This document shows, in pieces, positions 38,753-50,013 of a DNA stretch of 64,000 bases; positions within the stretch are counted from its first letter, which is position 1, and every line of letters starts with the position of its first letter. The notes below the pieces were generated by a model. That model was given only the letters and a program-made list of their open reading frames with translations. It did not search any database and was not told the origin of the DNA. Location of the stretch: NCBI GenBank assembly GCA_951813565.1, contig OX638351.1, positions 2,976,001-3,040,000 on the forward strand, written 5' to 3'. Made by a program: the position numbers and the translations under genes. This DNA comes from an uncultured Poribacteria bacterium. Its GTDB lineage: Bacteria; Poribacteria; WGA-4E; WGA-3G.

Positions 38753-40864
38753 TTAGAAACTTTCCCGATTTATTGCTGTATTTTGAGCTCTGTCGGTCAC
38801 CCGAATTGTGATGCTATGTGCACCTTCGGGCAGTTTGTCGGTTTCCAACAAGAGTTTTTCCTCTTTAGAATCGAAGATGCCATCTTCAGGAAAAATGACT
38901 TTCCACTGTTCATCGTTGTCAATCTTGTAAACTGCTTTTAGGACAGAGTTCATCGTATCCGAGACATCACAAGTAATTTTAAATGTCCCGTCTCCGTTTG
39001 GTTTAACTTGGATGTCGCCGACATTAGGATCAGTATTGTCCACAGTGAATGGGGCACTAACTTTTTTAGTTGTTTTCTCCCATCCGACAGGATTACTCAG
39101 CTTATCCGTAGCAACGATTTTCAATTGGTATTTCCCATCAGCGATTGATGTGATATCCCAAGCATAACTCGGAGTAGTGAGTTCTTTTTTAAGTAGTTGC
39201 CAATTTTCATCGTCGCCAACAGCACTATAGTAAACGAAGAATTGTAACGTATCTTTATTAGCATCTTCAACTTTCCACCCAATGTTCCATCTTTTCGGAG
39301 AAGCATTAGCGGAAGAAGATCCCCTGCTTGAGCTACTTGGTGGCGATGGTCTGCCCGTTGAAGGACGTTGTGAGCTGGTGGTGCCAGTATTAATGCTGAT
39401 TTCGCTAATCTTCGGTTCAATATTGGTTTGAGCGGACGCGAGTGTAACCTTTTTCAAAGTAGGCGTTTTCGCTGGGTCAGTGGTAGTGAATTTCGCTCGC
39501 CACTGGATATATTGCCCATCGGCATTCGGAATTTGCGAACCTTCTGGGATGGTAAGTTCTTCTGACCATTTGTTCCATGTATCATCCGGTTTTCGGGTGT
39601 TACCTGAACGAGTTGCAAAGGTGATTGAAGTGCCTTCTTCAACTTCAGCTTCCCACGAAAGTTTACCCCAACGTGACAAACTTTGCGCATTGTGGACAGC
39701 AGATTCAAGTGTGCCTTCCTCAACACGCGATGATGTAAGCGTAAAGAGTTTACCGGCATTTCCAGCACCCAATATCGTTTTCATGCTATCTGCATGTTTT
39801 GTCTGGTGTATTGATAAGATGTCCTTTCCTGAAGATTTACCGATCGCTTTAAAATCCCCTGTTTTTGTATCTACGCGATACAACTTGCCATTACTTCCTG
39901 TTCCCACTAAAATTTGCTCGTCACTTTCCAAAACGATAGATGAGATGAGTGGCTCAGGTGAACTCCATACAAGTGCCGTAGTTCCATCGGGGTGTAGCCT
40001 ATAGATATATGATTTGTTTTCTTTTGGAGGACCGCTGCCTGGTGCCTGTGGGGCAGGAACAGAGGGACCTCTACTTGGACGGCTACCGCCTCTTTCCATC
40101 GGCACTGACGTAACAGCAGATGCGTAGACGTTCTCTTCGCTATCTATAACAAGGTTACGTATCTCATTCTCTTTTGCTTGGTATACTACGTTCGCAGAAC
40201 CATCATCCATGATTTTGTAGATGATTCCGTTGCCGCTACTGCCTGCATAAAATCCGCCTTCAAATGCCACCAGAGACCTTATATTTTTTTCTTCTGCGTC
40301 AAAAAGAACACTTGATTCACCGTCAGGTGTGACTTTATAAATTTTGCCTTCGGTTCCTGTAGCAGCATAGAGATTACCCTCGTCATCCAGATGCATTGCC
40401 CACACATATTTGTCACCTTTACTTAGAATAGTCTTTGGAGGCGTATCTTGATCGGTAATTTTATAGATTAACCCATCAGGCCCTGTGCCAGCATAAAGGG
40501 TGTCGTCGGATCCGATAACAAGACTGAAAATAGTAACTTCTGGTGAATCAAAATAGAGCGTAGACGTTTTGCCATCAGCACTAATTTTATAAATTTTGCC
40601 TTCAATGCCTGTTCCTGCATAGATATTCCCCTCAGAATCTTCAGCGAGTGCCCACACTTGAGCCTCATCTATTTCTGAGAAACCATCTATTTTGAAGGAT
40701 AAACTAGCATCCCCCGTGCTTGAGACTGAAATATTTTTGATTTCACCCGCTTCAAAATCCGCTCTTTTATGTTGTTCCCATAAAGATGTTGACACGGCAG
40801 AAGCAAGGCTCGCGTAAATTAAAACAATTGCCATCAGGCTCCAAATGAAAAAGAAACGGCGCAT
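38753..40864 (-). CDS. Secreted beta-propeller protein with C-terminal Ig/FN3-like domains
   Basis: Signal peptide; repeated GNxYAxTGxxGKIYK blades. Confidence 0.75.
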   Translation of the reverse strand: MRRFFFIWSLMAIVLIYASLASAVSTSLWEQHKRADFEAGEIKNISVSSTGDASLSFKIDGFSEIDEAQVWALAEDSEGNIYAGTGIEGKIYKISADGKTSTLYFDSPEVTIFSLVIGSDDTLYAGTGPDGLIYKITDQDTPPKTILSKGDKYVWAMHLDDEGNLYAATGTEGKIYKVTPDGESSVLFDAEEKNIRSLVAFEGGFYAGSSGNGIIYKIMDDGSANVVYQAKENEIRNLVIDSEENVYASAVTSVPMERGGSRPSRGPSVPAPQAPGSGPPKENKSYIYRLHPDGTTALVWSSPEPLISSIVLESDEQILVGTGSNGKLYRVDTKTGDFKAIGKSSGKDILSIHQTKHADSMKTILGAGNAGKLFTLTSSRVEEGTLESAVHNAQSLSRWGKLSWEAEVEEGTSITFATRSGNTRKPDDTWNKWSEELTIPEGSQIPNADGQYIQWRAKFTTTDPAKTPTLKKVTLASAQTNIEPKISEISINTGTTSSQRPSTGRPSPPSSSSRGSSSANASPKRWNIGWKVEDANKDTLQFFVYYSAVGDDENWQLLKKELTTPSYAWDITSIADGKYQLKIVATDKLSNPVGWEKTTKKVSAPFTVDNTDPNVGDIQVKPNGDGTFKITCDVSDTMNSVLKAVYKIDNDEQWKVIFPEDGIFDSKEEKLLLETDKLPEGAHSITIRVTDRAQNTAINRESF

Positions 40865-40919
40865 AAAACATTTTCCTCCTGTTATTTGCGCAAAATATGA
40901 AAAAAAATCCTACTTTGAG

Positions 40920-42806
40920 TTATTGAGCATTTCTATCAACGGCTATCTGCATTCCAGCACTCCCGGTAATGATATAGTCCGTCTCAATTTTATCAGTGTG
41001 TAAAGCCGTTCCAAATGTATATCCGCTTTCTCCGACTCGCATAGCTGTGTTCATCACAGACATTACCGAAATAGGAAGATCGGGGAATTCCTCACCCTGA
41101 ACGGTTAATCCTGGTCGTGGTGCCGAAAGTTCTAAGATAAGATTTGTGTTAGGTTCGGCGCTTTGCAACAATTTGATCAGCTGGTTGATGTTTTTCGGAC
41201 GAGAAACACCAGGAGCACGAGAACGCTGCCATAATTGGTATGTACTTGAATTCATCGCGCGAAGCAAAACAATCCCATCAGGTGTGTCTTTCGGAATCTT
41301 AATCGTCCCAGTCAACGTCATCGGTTGCTCAAGATAGGGGCGTATTGTAAAAGTCATTTTTACTTCTTCACCCGGACGATAGACAAGTTTATCCACCCGA
41401 GCTGTTAGAATTGAGGCTGTTTTTCGCTTATCCTCAATTTTTATATTTAAGTTGATAGACTCTATTTTAACTTTGGCATAGGGATTGACAATCAAATCCA
41501 ACATCGGTGCCATAATCGTGCGTGAGACATTAAATCCAGGGGAACCGCTTGAAGAAAAAACGTTTTTTAAGACGATCTCTCGGTTGTCTAATTCAGGTTG
41601 ATCTTCAAGTGTAATGACAGACTTTACATTAATTGTATGATCGTTGACACCGAATTCCATAGCGTTTATTAATCCTGAAATACCTGCAGCTGCATAGCTT
41701 GCTGTGAACGTCTTGTCCCGTGCCGCTTCATAATACAAGTCATGCACTTTATTGTCAGAAGTTTGTACCTTTGCAGTTACCGGAATATAGTGATGTGTAT
41801 TCGGAAGTTTCTCAATTAGTCCAGCTATGGCGGGAACTCGATCTTGTACTAAAGTGCCGATTGGCTGAGTTGCGGATGCTATTTTGGATGATCGCGTGCG
41901 GCTGGGCAAAATAAAATGCACAAAACCGCCGGAAAGCGGTAGGTTCACATTGCCTTCACCAAATGATGAATGTCCATACGCAAGTAATTCTTTTTTGTTT
42001 TCGTCAATGTAGGTGATAGTTCCATAACCAAAAGCTGATACGTCTCCGCGTATCGCCTCCGTACCTATTATCTGTCCCTCTTCTATAGGTGATTTCTTCA
42101 TAGGATCGCCCCCTCCAGCTGCTTGGACAGGGACCATATTCCCTCTGGCAAAAAGCGGTTTAAGAAGCTGCATCGTTGCCGCGTCAAGTCTTGGGAGTGC
42201 GACAGGTATTGCTAACTGTAATGAATACTTTTGTGTATTCAAGTTGTTATTTGATGTGAGGGTATTATTAAAAGGGTTTTGGTGTAGAATTTTATTGTCT
42301 TCAGGAATAAGAGAAGGCATCATATTAAGACCTTCTGACACATATTCCGAACCGAGGTCTAAGAATTGAGCACTTGCATACGTTGGGTTAGGTTCCATGC
42401 CGCGTTTTGCGACCTTCACCATTAGTTCAATAGGCGTTACCCCAAACAGATTCGAGCGTTCGCGCTGATTGAAGTAGCCAAGCGATATGGCACCCATAAG
42501 CCGCCCATCAATGTATATCGGGCTGCCACTCATTCCTCCTGCGACACCGGTGCGCTTAAAGTTTTCACTGGTACCCTCGGCCCATACCACGTGCCAACGT
42601 GGGTACGAGTTGTACTCAATACTCACAACTTCAAACTCGAATTCCTCAACCGTTGTTCCAGAAAATACCGTGTAACCTTTCCCTTTCATTCCGGTTTTCA
42701 CCTCGGACAACGGCATAAACTTATCAACGTCCCATTCAATTTGTGCATTGGCGTGGAATGCAACTAAGCAAAATACTACAAGTGCACAAAGCAAAACTTT
42801 TTTCAC
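40920..42806 (-). CDS. SpoIVB/peptidase S55 domain protein
   Basis: GMKGKGYTVFSG, GGMSGSPIYIDGRLMGA, GTITY, AYGH. Confidence 0.85.
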   Translation of the reverse strand: MKKVLLCALVVFCLVAFHANAQIEWDVDKFMPLSEVKTGMKGKGYTVFSGTTVEEFEFEVVSIEYNSYPRWHVVWAEGTSENFKRTGVAGGMSGSPIYIDGRLMGAISLGYFNQRERSNLFGVTPIELMVKVAKRGMEPNPTYASAQFLDLGSEYVSEGLNMMPSLIPEDNKILHQNPFNNTLTSNNNLNTQKYSLQLAIPVALPRLDAATMQLLKPLFARGNMVPVQAAGGGDPMKKSPIEEGQIIGTEAIRGDVSAFGYGTITYIDENKKELLAYGHSSFGEGNVNLPLSGGFVHFILPSRTRSSKIASATQPIGTLVQDRVPAIAGLIEKLPNTHHYIPVTAKVQTSDNKVHDLYYEAARDKTFTASYAAAGISGLINAMEFGVNDHTINVKSVITLEDQPELDNREIVLKNVFSSSGSPGFNVSRTIMAPMLDLIVNPYAKVKIESINLNIKIEDKRKTASILTARVDKLVYRPGEEVKMTFTIRPYLEQPMTLTGTIKIPKDTPDGIVLLRAMNSSTYQLWQRSRAPGVSRPKNINQLIKLLQSAEPNTNLILELSAPRPGLTVQGEEFPDLPISVMSVMNTAMRVGESGYTFGTALHTDKIETDYIITGSAGMQIAVDRNAQ

Positions 42807-43366
42807 AACTTTAACTCCTCTTTGATTTTTGAAAATTGATTATCGCGTGGACAAGTATGGAGATTCAGCAAGTAGAAAACTCAGGATTCTCTGAAGTAGA
42901 GGTGTGTAGATTTTGCCACACAAAATGACTTAAGTTTCAAAAATCAGTTTAGTTTGCTAATTGATTTAAAATACCATGTCCTGTGAGTCAAGTCAACCTA
43001 AAATATATTTTTTCTGATGAATATTCCAGTGTAAAAGGTCAAATCTTGAAATTTCTGTTAAAATATCCAATAATTTTCAAGTCGTTCATAGTTGACAGAA
43101 ACAGTTGATGGTGCAATAAGAAGAACGTATTTCTTCTTGATTATAACTATGGGTAATTATAGCACTTTTATATTAGATTTGCAACTTTTTAAAGCCTATT
43201 CGTTTTCCTCGTTTGATGGGTTCTCAAAAATTCGGCAACGAGTCGGATTTAGATACATACATCAACGTTCTGTAAGAATACCTGTCTGTTGGATTTAGTT
43301 TTTCGCTTGATTTACTTCTATGTTTGGGCTAAAATAGAGGGAAATCAGATATGTATAGAACTAAAA

Positions 43367-44866
43367 ATGCCTCGTTCTGCTTACATTCTCTCAATTGACC
43401 AAGGGACAACGGGTACGACGGTCCTGCTTGTAGATGCACAAGGTGACATTGTTTCGCAAGGGTATCGTGAATTTGCGCAACATTACCCGCGTCCGGGATG
43501 GGTAGAACATGACCCTAATGAGATTTGGGATGTTACGCAAAACACTATTGTAGATGTGTTACATCAATGCAAGATAAAAAGCAGCATCTCCGTAATCGGT
43601 ATTACCAATCAACGTGAAACCACTGTTGTATGGGATCGAGAGACTGGAAAACCGATTCATCCAGCAATTGTATGGCAGTGCCGCCGCACGACCAACATCT
43701 GTGCTGAACTCAACGCACAAGAAGATATAGTAGCACAAGTAAAAGCGAAAACTGGACTTGTAATTGATCCTTATTTCTCAGCGACAAAGGTGGCATGGAT
43801 TTTGGACAAAGTGAGTGGTGCACGGGAAAGGGCAGAACGTGGTGAACTCGCTTTCGGCACGATTGACACATGGCTTCTGTGGAAGTTGACAAACAGAACA
43901 GTTCATAAAACTGATTACACAAACGCTTCGCGGACTCTCTTATTCAACATTGATACGCTTTCTTGGGATGAAACGCTTTTAGAAATTTTTAATGTTCCAA
44001 AGGCAATTTTACCTGAAGTCTGTCCATCTGCAAGTTTTTTTGGAAATGCGCAAATCCCGCTTCTCGAGGAAATTCCAATTGCTGGGATTGCGGGGGATCA
44101 ACAATCTGCCTTGTTCGGTCAACTCTGCTGGCAACCGGGAATGGCGAAGAATACTTACGGCACCGGATGTTTTCTGATGTTAAATACCGGTTCTGATCGA
44201 GTTAAATCAAAATCGGGACTGTTGACGACACTTGCTTGTAGCCTTGATGAAAAACCTGTGTATGCATTGGAGGGGAGTGTATTTATTGCTGGTGCTGCTG
44301 TGCAATGGCTCAGAGACGGTTTAGAAATAATAGAATCTGCTGAAGAAACAGAGGTTATTGCCAACCGTGTAGATGATTCAGAAGGCGTTATTGTTGTGCC
44401 TGCATTCACAGGTCTTGGCGCACCCTATTGGAATGCTGAAGCGAGAGGTGCTATCTTTGGGTTAACGCGAGGCACGACCAGCGAACATATTGTCCGTGCC
44501 ACATTGGAATCGATTGCCTATCAATCAGCAGATGTGGTCAGTGCGATGTTAAGAGATGCTGGCACGCCGCTTGAACGTTTACGTGTTGATGGGGGTGCTG
44601 TTGCCAACAATTTCTTGATGCAGTTTCAAGCAGATATTTTAGGGATAGACGTGGAACGCCCTACTCGGATTGAGACCACCGGCCTCGGTGCCGCTTACCT
44701 TGCAGGAATATCTTCCGGTGTTTGGCAGGATATTGATGAACTTGAGAACCACCGAAAAATTGACCGTGTCTTTTCCGCTCAAATGGATGCTCAGCAACGA
44801 AATGAAAAACTTGCTGATTGGCGTGATGCAATTCAAAGGTTAGACTGTGATGCAAACGGAGAATAA
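43367..44866 (+). CDS. glpK: Glycerol kinase
   Basis: [38 protein letters not shown]. Confidence 0.96.
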   Translation: MPRSAYILSIDQGTTGTTVLLVDAQGDIVSQGYREFAQHYPRPGWVEHDPNEIWDVTQNTIVDVLHQCKIKSSISVIGITNQRETTVVWDRETGKPIHPAIVWQCRRTTNICAELNAQEDIVAQVKAKTGLVIDPYFSATKVAWILDKVSGARERAERGELAFGTIDTWLLWKLTNRTVHKTDYTNASRTLLFNIDTLSWDETLLEIFNVPKAILPEVCPSASFFGNAQIPLLEEIPIAGIAGDQQSALFGQLCWQPGMAKNTYGTGCFLMLNTGSDRVKSKSGLLTTLACSLDEKPVYALEGSVFIAGAAVQWLRDGLEIIESAEETEVIANRVDDSEGVIVVPAFTGLGAPYWNAEARGAIFGLTRGTTSEHIVRATLESIAYQSADVVSAMLRDAGTPLERLRVDGGAVANNFLMQFQADILGIDVERPTRIETTGLGAAYLAGISSGVWQDIDELENHRKIDRVFSAQMDAQQRNEKLADWRDAIQRLDCDANGE

Positions 44867-44868
44867 CG

Positions 44869-46704
44869 ATGCGACTACAATGGAAGTATTCGTTAATCAT
44901 AAACTTAACAGTTATTGCCGTGCTCGTTGCCTTCTACTTTTTCGACAGTATTCGGATACGGAGAGAGATGAGTGGGCTTCATGCCTTAGGTGCCGAAAGG
45001 GGTGCTACGATAAAAAGAATCGTAGAGAACACTATCCTTAACGCTGTCGTTACAGAACTGACAACATCACAAGCATTTAATGTCGAAAGGATTGATCAGA
45101 TTCTACTTAGACTTAAACAGACTCCTGATATGCAGGATGTTCTGAATGTCCAAGTTACTTTAGGGAATACGCGTGTGCGTGCGAGTTTGCTTACACAAGA
45201 CGGGACAACTGTTTTTTCCTTAGGAGAAGACGACATTCATCAGATTAAAAGATATGGGGCAAAAATTGATACGATGGAGGGGCAAGATGCAACAGCTGTC
45301 ATTGTTAAGTATACTATTCCACCAAAGAAGTTGGAATCTCAAACGTCCTCAAACGTTGAACAAATTCCACTTGAAGCGCTTGAGGACAAAGAAAAGTTGG
45401 TTCCCAAGGGAATTGATTTACCACCAGACACAACAGTTTTAATTGAGACAGTAAGGCCTGAGTTCAATTATAAAATAGCACTTCTTAACCAGGGGAAATT
45501 TCATATTGATTTGTATCGGATGTTTGTATCGAATAATATTGATCTGTCTCCTGATGCGACGGTGGCAATAGATGAAGAAAACAACCAATGGCAAATTACA
45601 GATACAGAAACAGGTCACGTATATAATTTATGGCTTGAGGAAAATAACTTCTGGATTCACATGACGCATGCCAATAGCGGTTATATCCGAGTGTTGTTTG
45701 ATGTGCCATATATTGCTAAATCTATCCGTTCATCACTGTTAACGCATGCGATTTTCATTGTGATTGTTGGCATGTTGCTTGTTGTCCTGATTGATTTGAT
45801 GACTAATCACTTGATTATGAAACCGCTTGCACGAATGACCGAGATCATTCAAAATGCTGAAACAGGGAACTTCTCATCCTACTTACATCAAAGTTATGGC
45901 TCAGATGAAATCAGCAAAGCTACCCGTAATTTAGTGCGGATGTTTATCCAACTGAAAACATCACACTCAAGAAGGATCTCAGCACTTGGACAATTTGCAG
46001 CGGGGGTTGCACACGAAATTCGTAATCCTTTGAATTCAATTGGTATGACAGCACAACACTTAAAAGCGATCTTTTCGCAATCCAAAGTCAGCCCGGAAGA
46101 TATTGAAGAAACCCAAGAATTATTAGATATTGTTGATGAGAAAATTCAGGACTTAAAACAGACTTCAGAACAATTTCTGACACTCAACCGACCACAGAAA
46201 CTCAATTTAGCAACGGTAAATTTGAACGTCCTCTTGGATTCTGTTTTATCTGAATTCGTCCTGGTTGCGGAAGAAGCAAAAGTGCAAATTATTCGGAATT
46301 ATGATATAGAACTTCCTGATGTGCAATTAGATGAAATGCTAATGCGTCAGACAATTTTTAATTTCGTGCAAAATAATATACAGGCAATGCCAAAAGGTGG
46401 AAGTATTTACCTTACGACAACCTTAGAAGAGATAAGCGGTGTCTCTTACGTTGCGCTTGAAATCCGTGATACCGGTATCGGAATTCCAGAGGAAAATCAG
46501 GAACGTATTTATGACGCCTACTTCACAACAAAAGAAGCTGAAGGCGGTGTAGGTCTTGGGCTTGCAATTTCACACCAGATTATTACTGCCCATCAAGGCA
46601 AGGTTGAAGTTAGGAGCAAAGTCGGCATGGGAACAGCTTTTAAAATCACCTTTCCTGTCAAAAAAGCACAGGAGATTAGTAGTGTGCAGTTAGAAGCGAA
46701 TTAG
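44869..46704 (+). CDS. Membrane sensor histidine kinase
   Basis: Two TM segments, HAMP, AHEIRNPL, DTGIGI, GVGLGL. Confidence 0.92.
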   Translation: MRLQWKYSLIINLTVIAVLVAFYFFDSIRIRREMSGLHALGAERGATIKRIVENTILNAVVTELTTSQAFNVERIDQILLRLKQTPDMQDVLNVQVTLGNTRVRASLLTQDGTTVFSLGEDDIHQIKRYGAKIDTMEGQDATAVIVKYTIPPKKLESQTSSNVEQIPLEALEDKEKLVPKGIDLPPDTTVLIETVRPEFNYKIALLNQGKFHIDLYRMFVSNNIDLSPDATVAIDEENNQWQITDTETGHVYNLWLEENNFWIHMTHANSGYIRVLFDVPYIAKSIRSSLLTHAIFIVIVGMLLVVLIDLMTNHLIMKPLARMTEIIQNAETGNFSSYLHQSYGSDEISKATRNLVRMFIQLKTSHSRRISALGQFAAGVAHEIRNPLNSIGMTAQHLKAIFSQSKVSPEDIEETQELLDIVDEKIQDLKQTSEQFLTLNRPQKLNLATVNLNVLLDSVLSEFVLVAEEAKVQIIRNYDIELPDVQLDEMLMRQTIFNFVQNNIQAMPKGGSIYLTTTLEEISGVSYVALEIRDTGIGIPEENQERIYDAYFTTKEAEGGVGLGLAISHQIITAHQGKVEVRSKVGMGTAFKITFPVKKAQEISSVQLEAN

Positions 46705-46780
46705 AACTTTCCAGAAATGTAGTTGGCAGACGTTCTCTCAAAGAAAGATAAATTATAACATGTCAGTGGAGGTATTAGAA

Positions 46781-48172
46781 ATGCCATCAATGCTGATTGT
46801 AGACGACGACCAAGCACAACTTACCATTTTACAACGTATCTTGCAACGTGAAGGATACGATGTTGAAACGGTTGAAGATAGCACATCGGCACTTGAAAAA
46901 ATTAAGGAACAGATGTTTGATATCGTGATCAGCGATATGTGGATGTCCTCGCGATTTGACGGACGTGATCTACTCCGAGAAATAAAGAAGATTGATCCTG
47001 GCTTGCCGGTGTTGATTATAACAGCGTTCGCTGAACTCAATGATGCTGTTAATCTTGTCGCGCATGAAGGGGCATTCTATTACCTTGAAAAACCGATTCA
47101 GATTGATGTACTCAAACGGGAGGTCAATCGTGCATTGCAAACGCGGGGTGTTTTAACTGAAGGTGAACCTGATTCGGACGATACGTCTTCAGAGATTCAG
47201 ATTGATTATATCGTGGGCGAAAGTGAGAAAATGCAACAGCTTTTTAAGAATATGTTCAGAGTCATTCATCGAGGTGTTAAGCAAGTTCTCATCACAGGCG
47301 AAACGGGAAGTGGTAAAAGTCTTGTCGCACGTGCACTACACGAATATGGAAATCGCAAGGATCATCCTTTTGTCTCAATAAATTGTGGGGCAATTGCAGA
47401 GACCTTAATTGAAAGTGAACTGTTTGGACACGAAAAGGGAGCATTCACAGATGCTGTTCAGCAGAAGAAAGGTATTTTTGAGGTCGCTGATACCGGGACG
47501 CTTTTTCTTGATGAGATCGGAGATATATCTATCCAAATGCAAAGCACACTTCTTCATGTCTTAGAAAAACATGAGATACGAAGGATTGGCGGCACCCAAA
47601 ACATTAAAGTGGATGTATGCGTAATTGCTGCAACGAATAAAAATCTGGTAGAAGCTGTGAAAGATGGCACATTTCGTTCTGACCTTTACTTCCGTTTGAA
47701 CGTCATTCCGCTCCATCTTCCACCGCTTCGTGAACGTGTTGAAGATATTCCGCTACTGGTTAATTTTTTGATCCAAAAGTTTAGCGATGAATACGTGGAT
47801 GCAGTGCCGAAACAGGTTTCGCAGCGTGCAATGTCTGCGCTTTGCCGTTATGATTGGCCCGGGAACGTGCGCCAATTGGAAAACTATCTCCATCGTATCT
47901 ATGTTTTGTCCGAAAATACTTCTATTGACTTAGATGAACTGCCCCCAGAAATTTTGGATACCTCACTGCCATCAACGGATTTTGAGATTGACATTCCTGA
48001 GAGTGGTGTTGCTTTAGATGAGATTATCAAGGAATATGTGTGTGCAGCTTTGGCAAAAACGAACGGCACACAGACCAAGGCGGCGGAATTGTTGGGTATT
48101 TCTCGTCGCCAACTTCAGCATCGCATGCAGAGTTATGGATTGCAGAGTCAAGATTTTAAAGAAGGTGAATAG
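46781..48172 (+). CDS. sigma54-dependent response regulator (NtrC/AtoC type)
   Basis: REC domain, GETGSGKS, ESELFGHEKGAFTDA, WPGNVR, Fis-type HTH. Confidence 0.93.
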   Translation: MPSMLIVDDDQAQLTILQRILQREGYDVETVEDSTSALEKIKEQMFDIVISDMWMSSRFDGRDLLREIKKIDPGLPVLIITAFAELNDAVNLVAHEGAFYYLEKPIQIDVLKREVNRALQTRGVLTEGEPDSDDTSSEIQIDYIVGESEKMQQLFKNMFRVIHRGVKQVLITGETGSGKSLVARALHEYGNRKDHPFVSINCGAIAETLIESELFGHEKGAFTDAVQQKKGIFEVADTGTLFLDEIGDISIQMQSTLLHVLEKHEIRRIGGTQNIKVDVCVIAATNKNLVEAVKDGTFRSDLYFRLNVIPLHLPPLRERVEDIPLLVNFLIQKFSDEYVDAVPKQVSQRAMSALCRYDWPGNVRQLENYLHRIYVLSENTSIDLDELPPEILDTSLPSTDFEIDIPESGVALDEIIKEYVCAALAKTNGTQTKAAELLGISRRQLQHRMQSYGLQSQDFKEGE

Positions 48173-48213
48173 TTGAAATTTAAAGGTCTGAGAAATTTAA
48201 AGGTATTCTTAAT

Positions 48214-48325
48214 TTGACAAAAATAAGATTCGCGTGTATAATTTGGCAAAATTAGGTGAAAAAACGTGAAATTTCGCAAATTTCTTAAAAATAAATTTGA
48301 CATTGCCCGAAACTTATGTTATGAT
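48214..48325 (+). promoter_or_regulatory. Two tandem sigma70 promoters
   Basis: TTGACA-N17-TATAAT (48214-48242) and TTGACA-N17-TATGAT (48297-48325). Confidence 0.75.
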
Positions 48326-48339
48326 ACCTGCATTAAGTC

Positions 48340-48647
48340 ATATAAAATTGGGAAATGAATAAGAAGGTTGCACTGAAGGGGTTTAACAGTGAATAACCAA
48401 TATGTAGATTCCACAATTCAGAAAATTATCTTGTCATTGGAGTGCCCGTATGTTCAAGGACAAGGTTTGTGGATTCATGTTAACTATCAGTTAATCATCC
48501 CCCCCCTTCACATTCGTTAATTTTATATATTACAAGGTTTTATCGCAGGAATTATATGCTGCGATATTTTTGTACCCGCACGGCGTATTCCGTTGCGGGC
48601 TTTTGTTGTTGCATTGCGCTATGTTTGGATAGCGATGCAACTTTTTT
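48340..48647 (+). ncRNA. Candidate structured RNA or leader: ~190-nt rod plus three hairpins
   Basis: Nested complementary blocks, detailed in findings. Confidence 0.45.
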
Positions 48648-48717
48648 GTTTGAGAATAACACGAGATCGTGATATTATATTCCATGTCTCCTGTTATTGT
48701 TATAATTAAAGGAAGGC

Positions 48718-49299
48718 ATGAAAGGTTCACAAAACGGTAAGTTTGAGAAGTTTCCGAGAACACCTGTGGATTGCCTGCTTGAATCGCTGCGATTCGCGAA
48801 GGCAAAACCGCATATTCCAAAAGGTGCGTGCTTATTGGATATCGGGGCTGGTGACGGTGCTTTCTTACGGCACCTCAACGGACATATCCACACTGGTGTT
48901 GGAATCGATGCGAGTCTAACCCAATCTGTAGAATTTGGAACTTGCCATCTCCTAAAGGGGTCCTTTCCCGACGACTTCTCCGAAAACAGAACCTTTGATG
49001 TCATTACGATGTTGGCAACTGTTGAACATATCCTGATGGACGTGCTTCCAAAGGTCGCGGATGTGTGTTGGGATTACCTCAAACCCGGTGGGCGTATTGT
49101 TATTACTGTGCCTCATCCGCGCATGGATGGACTTCTGGATTTCCTGAAAACTTGCGGGATAGTTGAGGGATTCTCTATTCATGAACATTATGGATTTGAT
49201 CCTGAATGTCTCCCAGATATTTTTAACCGTTGGCAACTTGTTAAAAGAGAACGTTGGGGTTTTGGATGCAATAACCTTTTCTTGTTTGGAAAACCGTAA
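48718..49299 (+). CDS. Class I SAM-dependent methyltransferase
   Basis: LLDIGAGDG, FDVITMLATVEH, LKPGGRIVITVP. Confidence 0.88.
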   Translation: MKGSQNGKFEKFPRTPVDCLLESLRFAKAKPHIPKGACLLDIGAGDGAFLRHLNGHIHTGVGIDASLTQSVEFGTCHLLKGSFPDDFSENRTFDVITMLATVEHILMDVLPKVADVCWDYLKPGGRIVITVPHPRMDGLLDFLKTCGIVEGFSIHEHYGFDPECLPDIFNRWQLVKRERWGFGCNNLFLFGKP

Positions 49300-49347
49300 T
49301 TGCTACCCCAACGATGGTGTGGATTTATTACGAAAAAGGAGACCATT

Positions 49348-49752
49348 ATGTTCGTCAAAAAATTGTTAGTTCGACTTTTAATTATTGTATTCTTAGCTGG
49401 TATTACTGTAACTGTATTTTCGGCAACTTACGTGCAGGATGTTGATTGGGCTGATAACATTAGTTATTTTTATGCCGCAACAAAAAAGATGGTAGGAGAT
49501 TCAACCCTGCACGCTGTGGCGAAAGGTAAGTGCACTGGAAAAACAGTCAAAAACGGGTACTACGAACTTAATGCCTATGCCCCTGGTGGTGCCGCGGATC
49601 CTGGCCTTAAAAAAGGCAATTATAACGGGGAATGGAATATGCAGATAGAGGCGTGGGGGCATAATAACTCATCTGGTAGTTATGGGGCAACAAGTAAAGT
49701 AGGTGGAACAGATAAATACGGAGATTCAGATGAGGCTAATGCAAGTATATAG
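49348..49752 (+). CDS. Small secreted hypothetical protein
   Basis: AAGGAG SD, signal peptide ending TVFS-A. Confidence 0.7.
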   Translation: MFVKKLLVRLLIIVFLAGITVTVFSATYVQDVDWADNISYFYAATKKMVGDSTLHAVAKGKCTGKTVKNGYYELNAYAPGGAADPGLKKGNYNGEWNMQIEAWGHNNSSGSYGATSKVGGTDKYGDSDEANASI

Positions 49753-50013
49753 TGTATTTTACAATTAACTTGACATTTTGATTTGTAGAGGAACTCCGAA
49801 TCTCGGCTGTCAAAGCGCTTAGCCTTGATTCGGAGATCGCTCTACAGAAGATGTGTCTATAATTTTGTTATAATGCACTATAACTGTTCTAATTGCAATA
49901 AACCTTCCTAATTGAAGGGTGTCTTTTCGATATATTCGGACAGGCACCCGCCGTACTACTGCTAATGTTTAACGGACACGGAATAAATCACCTTTCATTA
50001 GGAGGTAATTTAT

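Noticed and set aside
42810..43360. Long AT-rich intergenic region
   Set aside because: It is a divergent promoter region; I found no convincing repeat, structure or ORF
46781..48172. GAFTDA instead of GAFTGA as a sign of sigma54 independence
   Set aside because: GAFTDA is a common variant and the key Phe-Thr is retained
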